Positions 10,639-20,139 of a DNA stretch of 64,000 nt are shown here, one piece after another. The notes below the pieces were generated by a model. It was not told the DNA's origin, ran no database searches, and saw only the letters and a list, made by a program, of their open reading frames with translations. Made by a program: the position numbers and the translations under genes. The stretch lies in assembly GCA_035315345.1 (NCBI GenBank), contig DATFYA010000187.1, forward strand, positions 3,436 through 67,435, read 5' to 3'. Source of the DNA: Candidatus Methylomirabilota bacterium. GTDB lineage: Bacteria; Methylomirabilota; Methylomirabilia; Rokubacteriales; CSP1-6. Positions within the stretch are counted from its first letter, which is position 1; each line of letters starts with the position of its first letter.

Positions 10639-12192
10639 ATGACCGCGGCCATCGAGGTGCCCGAGCGCTTCAACGCGGCCGCGCACTTCCTCGATCGCCA
10701 CGTCGCCGAAGGCCGCGGCGGCCGTACCGCCTTCCGGTTCGACGGCCGCGCGGTCACCTACGGAGCGATCGCGCTGCGGGCCAACCGCCTGGGCAACGCG
10801 CTCCGGTCGCGCGGAGTCCAGATGGAGCAGCGCGTGCTGCTGGCGTTGCCGGATCGGCCCGAGTTCGCCGAGGCGTTCTGGGGCGCGATGAAGATCGGGG
10901 CGGTGCCGGTGCCGGTGAGCGAGTCGCTGCCCGCCGAGGAGCTGGCGTTCCTGCTCGCGGACAGCCGGGCCCGCGCGGTGGTCGCCTCGGAGACGGCGGT
11001 CGCCGCGATCCTCCCCGTGCGCTCCCGCTGTCCCGCCCTCGAGGCGGTGATCGCGGTGGGCGGCCGGCGGCGCGCGGCCCTCGAGTACGAGCGGCTGCTG
11101 GAGCGCGCCTCGCCGGAGCTCGAGCCGGCCGAGACCAGCCGGGACGACGTGGCCCTGTGGGGCTACACCTCGGGCTCCACCGGCCGCCCCAAGGCCGCGG
11201 TGCACCTGCATCACGATCTCGTGCACTCGGCCGAGCTGGTGGGCCGCGGCATCTTCGGCATCGGGCCCGACGATCTGATCTTCTCGGCGTCCAAGCTGCA
11301 CTTCGCCTTCGGCCTGGGCAACTCGCTCTACTTCCCGGCGCTGGTGGGCGCGGCCTCGCTGCTGGTGCCCGAGCGGCTCGAGGCGGAGCGGATCTTCGAG
11401 CTGATCGAGGCCGAGCGGCCCACCGTGCTCTTCGCGGTGGCCACCGTCTACCGACGGCTGCTCCAGGTGGCGGAGGCGGAGCGGCGCTTCGACTGCTCGT
11501 CGCTGCGGCTCTGCGTCTCGTCGGGCGAGGCGCTGCCGCCCGCCCTCTTCCACGGCTGGAAGTCGCGCTTCGGCCACGAGCTGCTGGACGTGCTCGGCTC
11601 CACCGAGGCCCTGCACGACTACATCGCCAACCGGCCGGGCGAGGCGCGGCCCGGCTCGAGCGGCCGGATCGTCCCGGGCTACGAGGCGCGGCTGGTGGAC
11701 GACGCCGGTCGTCCGGTGGCGCCGGGCATGGTGGGCCAGCTGCTCATCAAGGGCGATTCCACCGCGCCGTGCTACTGGAACCGTCACGAGCGCACCAAGG
11801 CCACGATGCTGGGTGAGTGGCTGCGCACCGGCGACATGTTCTACGCGGACACCGACGGCTACTACTACTTCTGCGGCCGCGCCGACGACATGCTGAAGGT
11901 CGGCGGCATGTGGGTCTCGCCCACCGAGGTCGAGGCCTGCCTGGGCGAGCACGCGGCGATCGCGGAGGTGGCGGTCATCGGTCGGGGCGACGCCGACGGG
12001 CTCACCAAGCCGCATGCCTACTGCGTGCTGCGGGAGGGCGTCGCCGACACCGACGCGCTCGCGGCCGAGCTGCGGGAGTCGGTGCGCGCGCGGCTGGGCG
12101 GCTACAAGTCGCCGCGCTGGATCGACTTCGTGGCGGAGCTGCCCAGGACCGCCACCGGCAAGATCCAGCGGTTCGCGCTGCGCCAGCGGTAG
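10639..12192 (+). CDS. benzoate-CoA ligase family (aryl/4-hydroxybenzoate-CoA ligase-like) AMP-dependent synthetase
   Basis: 517 aa. AMP-binding motif YTSGSTGRPKAAV plus GEWLRTGD and a C-terminal conserved KSPRWIDFVAELPRTATGKIQR. Confidence 0.8.
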   Translation: MTAAIEVPERFNAAAHFLDRHVAEGRGGRTAFRFDGRAVTYGAIALRANRLGNALRSRGVQMEQRVLLALPDRPEFAEAFWGAMKIGAVPVPVSESLPAEELAFLLADSRARAVVASETAVAAILPVRSRCPALEAVIAVGGRRRAALEYERLLERASPELEPAETSRDDVALWGYTSGSTGRPKAAVHLHHDLVHSAELVGRGIFGIGPDDLIFSASKLHFAFGLGNSLYFPALVGAASLLVPERLEAERIFELIEAERPTVLFAVATVYRRLLQVAEAERRFDCSSLRLCVSSGEALPPALFHGWKSRFGHELLDVLGSTEALHDYIANRPGEARPGSSGRIVPGYEARLVDDAGRPVAPGMVGQLLIKGDSTAPCYWNRHERTKATMLGEWLRTGDMFYADTDGYYYFCGRADDMLKVGGMWVSPTEVEACLGEHAAIAEVAVIGRGDADGLTKPHAYCVLREGVADTDALAAELRESVRARLGGYKSPRWIDFVAELPRTATGKIQRFALRQR

Positions 12193-12990
12193 ATGCGCGT
12201 CGTGGTCGAGCGGCTGTCCAAGATCTACGCAGATCGCCGCGGACGCGAAGTGGCCGCCCTGCGCGGCGTCGATCTAAAGGTGGACTCGCAGGAGTTCGTC
12301 GCGCTGCTCGGACCCTCCGGCTGCGGCAAGTCCACGCTGCTCGGCATCATCGCGGGGCTCCTGCCCGCCACGTCCGGGCAGGTCTACTTCGAGGGCGAGG
12401 CGCGGCCCGGCCGGCCCACGTCGGCGACCGTGTTCCAGGAGTTCGCGCTCTTCCCCTGGCGCACCGTGCAGGCCAACGTCGAGTTCGGGCTCGAGGAGCT
12501 GGGCGTCGCCGGAGCCGAGCGTGCCGAGCGGACGCGGCGCTACCTGGCCATGACCGGCCTCGCCGGCTTCGAGGGCAAGTACCCGCACCAGCTCTCGGGG
12601 GGCATGCGCCAGCGGGTGGGCATCGCGCGGGCCCTCGCGGTCGAGCCGGCAGTGCTGCTCATGGACGAGCCGTTCTCGGCCCTGGACGCGCAGACCCGCA
12701 CCCTGATGATGGAGGAATTGCTGGCGATCTGGGCGCGGACGCGCCAGAGCATCCTCTATGTCACCCACAACATCCAGGAGGCCGTGTTCATGGCCGACCG
12801 GGTGATCGTGCTGTCGCGGCGTCCCGGCGAGGTGCTCGACGTGGTGCCGATCGGGCTCGCGCGCCCGCGCCGCGAGAGCCAGCAGACGGACGCCGCCTTC
12901 GCCCAGGCGGCCGCGCGCATCTGGGCCCTGATCAAGTCGCAGGCCCAGGCCGCCCTGCTCGAGAGCGCGCCGGCGGAGCGCGCCGGGTGA
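12193..12990 (+). CDS. ABC transporter ATP-binding protein, NitT/TauT (nitrate/sulfonate/bicarbonate) family
   Basis: Walker [10 protein letters not shown], signature LSGGMRQRV, Walker [12 protein letters not shown]. Confidence 0.85.
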   Translation: MRVVVERLSKIYADRRGREVAALRGVDLKVDSQEFVALLGPSGCGKSTLLGIIAGLLPATSGQVYFEGEARPGRPTSATVFQEFALFPWRTVQANVEFGLEELGVAGAERAERTRRYLAMTGLAGFEGKYPHQLSGGMRQRVGIARALAVEPAVLLMDEPFSALDAQTRTLMMEELLAIWARTRQSILYVTHNIQEAVFMADRVIVLSRRPGEVLDVVPIGLARPRRESQQTDAAFAQAAARIWALIKSQAQAALLESAPAERAG

Positions 12991-13787
12991 TGGCGGTGGA
13001 GCGGCTGGTCGTGGTCGATCGCGCCGCGTTCCTCCGCCGGCCCGAGCACCGGACCGTGCGCGTGCTCGCGCTGGCCGGCCTCGTGCTGCTGTGGGAGGCG
13101 GTCACCCGCACCGGGTGGGTGTCGTCGCTGTTCCTGCCCGCCCCGTCCGCGGTGCTGGCCGAGGGCTACGACATGGCGCGCTCCGGCCAGCTGTTCGTGC
13201 ACCTCGGGACGAGCCTGGCGCGGCTGGCCTGGGGCTTCGGCATCGGCGCGGCCGCCGGCATCGGGGTCGGGGTGGCGGTGGGATTCTTCTCGCTCGCCGA
13301 CGCGGTGGTGCAGCCGATCATCGCGGCCACGTTCCCGATCCCCAAGATCGCGCTGCTGCCGCTGCTGATCCTCTGGCTCGGCATCGGCGAGGCGTCCAAG
13401 GTCGCGGTGGTGGCGCTCGGCGTCTTCTTCCCGATGGCCATCAATACCTACGCGGGCGTCCGCCAGGCCGATCCGCTCCTCATCCGCGCGGCGGTCTCGT
13501 TCGGCGCGGGACGCTGGAGCGTCATCAGGAAAGTCGTGCTGCCGTCGGCGCTGCCCATGGTGTTCGCCGGCCTCAAGCTGGGCGCCGGCATCGCGCTGCT
13601 GCTGCTGGTGGCCGCCGAGCAGATCGCGGCCGACGCGGGCATCGGCTTCCTGATCTTGCAGTCCGGCAACCTGATGGAGACGACCCGGCTCATGGTCGGC
13701 ATCGTGGTGCTCTCGCTGCTGGGCGTGTGTTCGCACTGGGCGCTGGGCGGCCTCGAGCGCGCGGTGATCCGGTGGCGCCACTCGTGA
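12990..13787 (+). CDS. ABC transporter permease, NitT/TauT family (SsuC/TauC-like)
   Basis: The ATG at 12990 overlaps the upstream stop (ATGA). [37 protein letters not shown]... 6 TM helices with the EAA-like loop. The upstream part of ORF 11817..13787 is read-through. Confidence 0.8.
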   Translation: MAVERLVVVDRAAFLRRPEHRTVRVLALAGLVLLWEAVTRTGWVSSLFLPAPSAVLAEGYDMARSGQLFVHLGTSLARLAWGFGIGAAAGIGVGVAVGFFSLADAVVQPIIAATFPIPKIALLPLLILWLGIGEASKVAVVALGVFFPMAINTYAGVRQADPLLIRAAVSFGAGRWSVIRKVVLPSALPMVFAGLKLGAGIALLLLVAAEQIAADAGIGFLILQSGNLMETTRLMVGIVVLSLLGVCSHWALGGLERAVIRWRHS

Positions 13788-13816
13788 ACTCGCGACTCGA
13801 TCGGAGGACGCTTCGC

Positions 13817-14857
13817 ATGCGCGTGATTCGACTGCTCGCCCGGCCGCTCTTCCTCCTCGCCCTCGCCGCCGGCGTCCTCGCCGGGCCGCTCGCCCAGGCT
13901 CAGCCCAAGCCGGCGCCGGTGAAAATCGGCGTCCTCAAGCTCACCTCCTCCGCGCCCGTCTTCGTGGGGGCGGAGAAGGGCTTCTTCCGCGAAGAAGGAA
14001 TCGAGCCCGAGCTGGTGTACTTCCAGGCCGCCGCGCCCATCGCCATCGCGCTGGCCGCGGGCCAGCTGGACGTCGGCGCCACCGGGCTCACCGCCGCCCT
14101 CTACAACATCGTGCTGGGCGGCGAGAAGCTGTGGATCGTCGCCGACAAGGGCCGCGAATGGCCCGGCTATCCGCTCGTGGCGATCGTCGTACAGAAGGAC
14201 CTCTGGGAGAGCGGGCTGCGCTCCATCCGGGACTTGAAGGGCCGGCGGATCGGCGTGACGCAGCTGGGCTCGACGTTCCACTACCACATCGGCAACATCC
14301 TGGAAAAGGACGGGCTCTCGCTGGCCGACGTGAAGATCGTGCCGCTGCAGGCCATGGCCGCCACCATGGAGGCGCTGAAGGGCAAGCAGGTGGACGCCAT
14401 CCTGGTGCCGCAGCCGTTCCCGGGCGCCGCCGAGGCGCAGGGCTTCGGCCGGATCGTGGCGTGGGCGGGCGATCTCTACCCGTGGCAGATCGCCACGATC
14501 TTCTACTCGGGCAAGTTCGCGGGCGACCGGGCGCGCGCGGTGGCGTTCATGAGGGGCTACGTGAAGGCCTCGCGCTATTACTTCGACGCGGCGCTGATCC
14601 AGAAGGACGGCCGCACCGTGCCGGGCGTCCACTACGACGAGGTCGTCGACATCACCGCGCGGTACACCGGCGCGCGGCCCGAGATCATCAAGCTCGGCTT
14701 TCCCTACCAGGACCGCAACGGCCGGCTGCTCGTGCCCGACATCCAGCGGCAGATGGCCTGGTGGGCCGCCAACGGGTTCATGAAGAAGCCGCTGCCGTTG
14801 GCCGGGATCGTCGACACCTCGTTCGTGGAGGAGGCCGTGAGGGCGCTCGATCGCTGA
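13817..14857 (+). CDS. ABC transporter substrate-binding protein, NitT/TauT family (SsuA-like), secreted
   Basis: Signal peptide MRVIRLLARPLFLLALAAGVLAGPLAQAQ followed by an SBP fold. An alternative GTG at 13784 overlaps the permease stop. Confidence 0.72.
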   Translation: MRVIRLLARPLFLLALAAGVLAGPLAQAQPKPAPVKIGVLKLTSSAPVFVGAEKGFFREEGIEPELVYFQAAAPIAIALAAGQLDVGATGLTAALYNIVLGGEKLWIVADKGREWPGYPLVAIVVQKDLWESGLRSIRDLKGRRIGVTQLGSTFHYHIGNILEKDGLSLADVKIVPLQAMAATMEALKGKQVDAILVPQPFPGAAEAQGFGRIVAWAGDLYPWQIATIFYSGKFAGDRARAVAFMRGYVKASRYYFDAALIQKDGRTVPGVHYDEVVDITARYTGARPEIIKLGFPYQDRNGRLLVPDIQRQMAWWAANGFMKKPLPLAGIVDTSFVEEAVRALDR

Positions 14858-14914
14858 ATCGGCGCGGGTTTGCGTTGCGCCGTCCCGGTGGATGCTGCTA
14901 TCATTTCCCCCGAC

Positions 14915-16426
14915 GTGAGTGCCCCGTTCGGGAAGGTCCTCATCGCGAATCGCGGCGAGATCGCCGTGCGGATCATCCGGGCCTGCCGCGAGCTGCACAT
15001 CAAGACCGTCGCCGTCTTCTCCGACGTCGATCGTGAGTCGCTCCACGTCCTGCTGGCCGACGAGGCCGTCGGCATCGGCCCGGCGCCCGCGGTGGAGAGC
15101 TATCTCGTCATCGACCGGCTCATCGCGGCGGCCCGGAGCACGGGTGCCGACGCCGTGCATCCCGGCTATGGATTCCTCGCCGAGAACGCGGCGTTCGCGC
15201 AGGCCTGTCAGGACGCCGGGCTCACGTTCATCGGCCCGCCGCCCGCGGCCATCCGCGCGATGGGCGACAAGATGGCGGCGCGCCGGCTGGCCATCACGAT
15301 GGGCGTGCCGGTGGTGCCGGGCACCGAGCAGCCGATCGCCGACGACGCGGAGGCCGCGCGGGTGGCGGGACGGGTGGGCTACCCGGTCATGCTCAAGGCC
15401 GCGATGGGCGGCGGCGGCAAGGGCATGCGGCTCGTGCGGGCCCCCGGCGAGCTGGCCGGCGCGCTGCGCGCCGCGCGCGCCGAGGCGGGTGCTGCGTTCG
15501 GCGATGCCGCCGTGTACATCGAGCGCTTCGTGGAGGAGCCGCGCCACATCGAGATCCAGGTCCTGGCCGACGCCCACGGCGGCATCGTGTACCTGGGCGA
15601 GCGCGAATGCTCGATCCAGCGTCGGCACCAGAAGCTGGTGGAGGAGAGCCCGTCGTCGTTCGTGACCCCGGAGATGCGGCGGCGCATGGGCGAGGCGGCC
15701 TGCCGGGTGGCCGCGGCGGCCGGCTACGTCAACGCCGGGACCGTGGAGTTCCTGGTCGATCGCGAGCGCAACTTCTACTTCCTCGAGATGAACACCCGGC
15801 TGCAGGTCGAGCACCCGGTGACCGAGCTGGTGACCGGGCGCGACCTGGTGAAGGACCAGCTGCGAATCGCCGCTGGTGAGAAGCTGGGCTTCGGCCAGGA
15901 CGACGTCGCGCTCTCGGGCTGGGCGATCGAGTGCCGGATCAACGCCGAGAATCCCTACGCCTCGTTCATCCCGTCGCCCGGGCACGTGGCCGGGCTGCGG
16001 GTGCCCGGCGGCCCGTGGGTGCGCGACGACACCGGGGTCTACGCCGGCTGCACGATCCCGCGCTTCTACGACACCCTGATGGCCAAGCTGATCGTCTGGG
16101 GGCCCGACCGCGAGGCGGCGACCGCGCGCATGGCGCGGGCGCTCGAGGAGTACAAGGTCGTCGGCGTGCAGACCACGATCCCGATCCTTCAGCGGATCAT
16201 CGCGCATCCGGACTTCTCGGCCGGACGTCTGTCCACCGGGTTCATGGAGCGCCTGCTCGCGGCGGACCGGCCGGAGGCCGCCGGCCGCCACCGCCGGATC
16301 GCGCTGATCGCGGCGGCGCTCACCGCCTACGAGCGGGCCGGCCGTCCGGGCCCGGCGAGCGCCGCGTCTGCCCCCTCGTCGAGCGCGTGGCGGCAAGCGC
16401 TGCGCCCGGGCTGGAGTGAGCGGTGA
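14915..16426 (+). CDS. biotin carboxylase subunit of an acyl-CoA/acetyl-CoA carboxylase (AccC-like, with C-terminal BT-like extension)
   Basis: KVLIANRGEIAVRIIRA..., ATP-grasp, GGGGKGMRLV. About 50 extra C-terminal residues beyond canonical AccC. The GTG 14915 start was chosen to give the canonical N-terminus; TTG 14870 is also possible. Confidence 0.8.
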   Translation: MSAPFGKVLIANRGEIAVRIIRACRELHIKTVAVFSDVDRESLHVLLADEAVGIGPAPAVESYLVIDRLIAAARSTGADAVHPGYGFLAENAAFAQACQDAGLTFIGPPPAAIRAMGDKMAARRLAITMGVPVVPGTEQPIADDAEAARVAGRVGYPVMLKAAMGGGGKGMRLVRAPGELAGALRAARAEAGAAFGDAAVYIERFVEEPRHIEIQVLADAHGGIVYLGERECSIQRRHQKLVEESPSSFVTPEMRRRMGEAACRVAAAAGYVNAGTVEFLVDRERNFYFLEMNTRLQVEHPVTELVTGRDLVKDQLRIAAGEKLGFGQDDVALSGWAIECRINAENPYASFIPSPGHVAGLRVPGGPWVRDDTGVYAGCTIPRFYDTLMAKLIVWGPDREAATARMARALEEYKVVGVQTTIPILQRIIAHPDFSAGRLSTGFMERLLAADRPEAAGRHRRIALIAAALTAYERAGRPGPASAASAPSSSAWRQALRPGWSER

Positions 16427-16920
16427 AGTTCGTGGCCCAGGCCGGCGGGGCGATCACCCCGATCGAGGTGACCGGGGAGGCGGGGCGCTACACCATCGTC
16501 CTCGACGGCGCGACCCTCACGGTGGACGCGCGCCGCGGCGGCGAGGGCATCTGGTCCATCCTGCTCGACGGCGCCTCCCACGTGGCGGAGGTGACGGATC
16601 AGGACGGCACCTGCGCGGTGGACGTCGGCGGCGAGCGCTACGCGATCCGGGTCGAGGAGGAGTCGCGCTACATCATCCGCACCCGCGGGGCCGGCGGGGC
16701 CGAGCCCGGGCAGGTGCTGAAGGCGCCGATGCCGGGCAAGGTGACGGTCATCCAGGTCTCGGTGGGGCAGTCGGTGGCTGCCGGCGACGGGCTCATCGTG
16801 CTGGAGGCCATGAAGATGGAGAACGAGTTCAAGGCGCAGGTGGCGGGCACGGTGAAGGAGATCCGGGTGGCGGCCGGCCAGCCCGTGAACCCCGGCGACG
16901 TGCTGATGGTCATCGAGTAG
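16423..16920 (+). CDS. biotin carboxyl carrier / biotinyl-domain protein with about 90-aa N-terminal beta-rich extension
   Basis: The C-terminal biotinyl-lysine motif EAMKMENE lies in a lipoyl/biotinyl fold. The GTG start overlaps the upstream stop. Confidence 0.75.
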   Translation: MKFVAQAGGAITPIEVTGEAGRYTIVLDGATLTVDARRGGEGIWSILLDGASHVAEVTDQDGTCAVDVGGERYAIRVEEESRYIIRTRGAGGAEPGQVLKAPMPGKVTVIQVSVGQSVAAGDGLIVLEAMKMENEFKAQVAGTVKEIRVAAGQPVNPGDVLMVIE

Positions 16921-16930
16921 CCGAGACGCC

Positions 16931-17668
16931 GTGGCCCCCGCGATCGAGTTCCGAGGCGTCAACAAGTGGTTCGGCGACCACCACGTGCTCACCGACGTGG
17001 ACCTGAGCGTGGACGCCGGCGAGGTCATCGTGGTCTGCGGGCCCTCCGGCTCGGGCAAGAGCACCTTGATCCGCTGCGTGAACCGGCTCGAGCCGATCCA
17101 GAAGGGCGAGATCCGGGTGCACGGCCAGGCCATCTCGGGACAGGGCGTCAACCTGGTCAAGCTGCGCGCCGAGGTGGGGATGGTCTTCCAGTCCTTCAAC
17201 CTCTTCCCCCACATGACGGTGCTGCAGAACATCATGCTGGCCCCCCGCAAGGTGAAGGGCCTGGACGCGGCGGCGGCCGAGAAGATCGCGCGCGGCCTGC
17301 TGGAGCGTGTGCGCATCCCGGACCGCGCGGACTACTATCCGGCGAACCTCTCGGGCGGCCAGCAGCAGCGGGTGGCGATCGCCCGCGCGCTCGCGATGCA
17401 GCCGCGGATCATGCTGTTCGACGAGCCCACCTCGGCGCTCGATCCCGAGATGATCAACGAGGTGCTGGACGTCATGACCGACCTGGCCCGCGAGGGCATG
17501 ACCATGATGGTGGTCACCCACGAGATGGGCTTTGCCCGCCGGGTGGCCAGCCGCGTGGTGTTCATGGACTACGGGCGCGTGGTGGAGGTGCAGGAGCCGG
17601 AATCCTTCTTCGCCGCCCCCCAGTCGGACCGGGCGAAGGACTTCCTGTCCAAGATCCTGTCGCACTGA
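16931..17668 (+). CDS. polar amino-acid ABC transporter ATP-binding protein (GlnQ/HisP family)
   Basis: Walker A GPSGSGKST, LSGGQQQRVAIARAL, MLFDEPTSALD. Confidence 0.88.
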   Translation: MAPAIEFRGVNKWFGDHHVLTDVDLSVDAGEVIVVCGPSGSGKSTLIRCVNRLEPIQKGEIRVHGQAISGQGVNLVKLRAEVGMVFQSFNLFPHMTVLQNIMLAPRKVKGLDAAAAEKIARGLLERVRIPDRADYYPANLSGGQQQRVAIARALAMQPRIMLFDEPTSALDPEMINEVLDVMTDLAREGMTMMVVTHEMGFARRVASRVVFMDYGRVVEVQEPESFFAAPQSDRAKDFLSKILSH

Positions 17669-17694
17669 ACCAACCCAATCCAAGGAGGACGTGA

Positions 17695-18558
17695 ATGCAA
17701 CGACTGATGGGACTCGTGATGGCGCTGGCGCTGCTCGTGGCCGGGATGTCCCCGGCGCTGGCCCAGCAGAAGAGCACGCTGGACAAGATCGGGGAGACGG
17801 GCACGCTCACCATCGGCACCCGCACCGGCTCGCCGCCCTTCGGCTACGTGAACTCGAAGAACGAGTGGGTGGGCTTCTCGATCGACCTGGTGGAGGAATT
17901 GATCAAGCCCGCGCTGGAGAAGAAGCTCGGCAAGCCGATCAAGGTGGAGAAGAAGGAGAGCACCCCGCCCACCCGCATTCCGCTGATCTCCTCGGGCGCG
18001 GTGGACCTCATCGCCGAGACCATGACCGACACCCGGACCCGCCGCGACAGCGTGGACTTCTCGCTCACGTTCTTCGTGACCGGCGCGCAATTCCTGGTCA
18101 AGAAGGGGAGCCCGATCAAGGGCATCAAGAACATCGACGGCAAGCGCATCGCGGCCCAGCAGGGCTCGACCAACGCGCGCATCATCCGGGAGAAGGCGTC
18201 CAAGGCGGTGCTGCGCGAGTTCCCGGACCAGCCCGCCGCCTTCCAGGCGCTGGTGCAGGGGCAGGTGGACGCCTACACCAACGACGGCATCCAGCTCGCA
18301 GGGCTCAAGGCCAAGTCGCCGAACCCGGCGCAGTGGGAGATCGTCGGCGACATGTTCTCCTACGAGCCCTACGGGATGGCGCTGCGCAAGGGTGACTCCG
18401 ACTTCCGCAACGTCGTCAATGCCGGGCTGATGGAGGGCATCGAGTCGGGCAAGTTCTTCGAGATCTACGAGAAGTGGTTCGGGCCCAACGGCGAGCTGCC
18501 GTACCCGATGTCTCCGCAGGTGCGCTCGTTCATGCTGCTGCAGGTCGTCCCCAAGTAG
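17695..18558 (+). CDS. polar amino-acid ABC transporter substrate-binding protein (family 3 SBP)
   Basis: Signal peptide MQRLMGLVMALALLVAGMSPALA followed by an SBP_bac_3-like body. Strong SD (AAGGAGGAC) precedes the ATG. Confidence 0.85.
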   Translation: MQRLMGLVMALALLVAGMSPALAQQKSTLDKIGETGTLTIGTRTGSPPFGYVNSKNEWVGFSIDLVEELIKPALEKKLGKPIKVEKKESTPPTRIPLISSGAVDLIAETMTDTRTRRDSVDFSLTFFVTGAQFLVKKGSPIKGIKNIDGKRIAAQQGSTNARIIREKASKAVLREFPDQPAAFQALVQGQVDAYTNDGIQLAGLKAKSPNPAQWEIVGDMFSYEPYGMALRKGDSDFRNVVNAGLMEGIESGKFFEIYEKWFGPNGELPYPMSPQVRSFMLLQVVPK

Positions 18559-18562
18559 TCTC

Positions 18563-18668
18563 GTTCCCTCTCCCCGGAGGGGAGAGGGCAGGGTGAGGGG
18601 CTGGCGCCGGCGTGAGTCCGCCCACCCTCACCCCGGCCCTCTCCCGGGAAGGGAGAGGGAGGTGGGCG
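18563..18668. repeat. REP-like compound palindromic element, family A (CCCTCTCCCC-GGAGGGGAGAGGG / GGGTGAGGGG...CCCTCACCCC)
   Basis: Three nested perfect hairpins lie between the SBP stop and the permease start. Related copies occur at 62581..62677 and 63684..63836. Confidence 0.7.
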
Positions 18669-18669
18669 C

Positions 18670-19392
18670 GTGAACTACAAGTTCAACTGGTCGGTGCTGT
18701 GGACCGGCGAGTCCGGTCAGTGGCTGCTGAGCGGGCTCATCACCACGCTCGAGCTGTCGGTGGCCGCCTGGCTGCTCGCGGTGACCCTCGGTGTCGTCTC
18801 CGGCGCGCTGCGCACGGTGCGGATGTGGCCGCTCCGCGCCGCCGCGACCCTCTACGTCGAATTCTTCCGGAACGTTCCGCTGCTGGTCTGGATGTTCTTC
18901 TGGTACTTCGCGGTGCCGCCGTTGCTGCCTCAGGCGGGGCAGGACTTCCTGTTCGCGCACGGGCTCGAGTTCTGGGCCGCGGTCTGCGCGCTGGGCGTGT
19001 ACAGCGGCGCCCGCTTCTCCGAGGTGCTGCGCTCGGGCATCCAGGCGATCCCCAGGACGCAGCTCGAGGCCTCGGTGGCCTCGGGCCTGACCACGTTCCA
19101 GGCCTATCGGTACGTGATCCTGCCGGTGGCGCTGCGGCTCATCATCCCGCCCGGCACCAACGAGTCGCTGAACCTGCTCAAGAACTCCTCGGTGGCCCTG
19201 ACCATCAGCGTGGCCGAGCTGACCTTCCAGACGCGCCAGATCGAGACCTACACCGCCAGGGCCATCGAGGCCCTGACCGCGGGCACCCTGATCTACCTGG
19301 TCCTGTGCGTCTCGATCGCCATTTTCATGTCGTGGGTGGAGCGGCGCACCGCGATCCCGGGCCTCATCGTGGGCGGGCGGCCGCGGCGCTAG
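18670..19392 (+). CDS. polar amino-acid ABC transporter permease (HisQ/GltJ-like)
   Basis: 240 aa, 5 TM helices, with the EAA loop motif (ASGLTTFQAYRYVILPVALR). Confidence 0.85.
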   Translation: MNYKFNWSVLWTGESGQWLLSGLITTLELSVAAWLLAVTLGVVSGALRTVRMWPLRAAATLYVEFFRNVPLLVWMFFWYFAVPPLLPQAGQDFLFAHGLEFWAAVCALGVYSGARFSEVLRSGIQAIPRTQLEASVASGLTTFQAYRYVILPVALRLIIPPGTNESLNLLKNSSVALTISVAELTFQTRQIETYTARAIEALTAGTLIYLVLCVSIAIFMSWVERRTAIPGLIVGGRPRR

Positions 19393-19394
19393 CC

Positions 19395-20072
19395 ATGCTC
19401 GACCTCGACGTCATCTGGCGCAACCTGCCGTTCCTGATGCTCCAGGGTTTCCTGGGCATCGGCAACTTCGTGGGCGGCACCCTGCGCCTGGCCATCCCGT
19501 CGATCGTGCTCGGCTTCATCCTGGGCATCTTCATCGGCATCGCGCGCCTGGCCCCGCAGTGGTGGATCCGGCTGCCCGCCACGCTGTACGTGGAGTTCTT
19601 CCGCGGCGTCCCGCTCGTCATGGTGATCTTCTGGATGTGGTTCATCATGCCGATCGTGTTGAAGACGGCGATCCCCGAGTTCGGGGTGGCCCTCACCGCG
19701 TTCGTGGTCTTCGAGGCCGCCTATCTCGGAGAGATCGTGCGCGCGGGCATCCAGTCGGTGCCCCGCGGGCAGGTGGAGGCGGCCACCGCGGTCGGATTGA
19801 CCTCCGCCCAGGGGATGCGCTTCGTGATCCTGCCCCAGGCGCTCAAGAACATGATTCCCTCACTGGTGACCCAGTTCATCGTGCTGTTCAAGGACACCTC
19901 GCTGGCCTCGATCATCGGCTTCATGGACCTGACCAAGGCCGCGCAGGTGGTGAACAACCGCGAGATCCGGCCATTCCCGATCTATCTCTTCATCGCGGTC
20001 GTGTACTGGGTCTGCACGTACTCCATGTCCCGCTACGCGCGCTACCTGGAGAAGAGGATCGGCCCTGCCTGA
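19395..20072 (+). CDS. polar amino-acid ABC transporter permease (HisM/GltK-like)
   Basis: MLDLDVIWRNLPFLMLQGF... with an EAA loop (AVGLTSAQGMRFVILPQALKN). The upstream part of ORF 18612..20072 is read-through. Confidence 0.82.
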   Translation: MLDLDVIWRNLPFLMLQGFLGIGNFVGGTLRLAIPSIVLGFILGIFIGIARLAPQWWIRLPATLYVEFFRGVPLVMVIFWMWFIMPIVLKTAIPEFGVALTAFVVFEAAYLGEIVRAGIQSVPRGQVEAATAVGLTSAQGMRFVILPQALKNMIPSLVTQFIVLFKDTSLASIIGFMDLTKAAQVVNNREIRPFPIYLFIAVVYWVCTYSMSRYARYLEKRIGPA

Positions 20073-20139
20073 AGTCGTCCTGCCGTCCGGCGTCCGCCTG
20101 CACTGGCGCGAGGCTTCGGCCGATGGGGCGCCCGCCGAC

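Noticed and set aside
9313-12015. 900-aa ORF on the minus strand, the longest in its region
   Set aside because: Its Arg/Gly/Ala/Pro-rich, low-complexity translation is antisense to the well-supported plus-strand CoA-ligase gene. Only the last 135 codons (9313-9717) look like a real membrane protein.
14870-14914. TTG start for the biotin carboxylase 15 codons upstream
   Set aside because: The GTG at 14915 gives the canonical (x)3-5-KVLIANRGEIA N-terminus. The upstream TTG adds an unconserved MRCAVPVDAAIISPD peptide. It is still possible.
13448-16396. 982-aa minus-strand ORF spanning the SBP and biotin carboxylase genes
   Set aside because: It is antisense to two motif-rich plus-strand genes. 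There is no domain signal and the composition is extreme in Arg, Gly and Asp.
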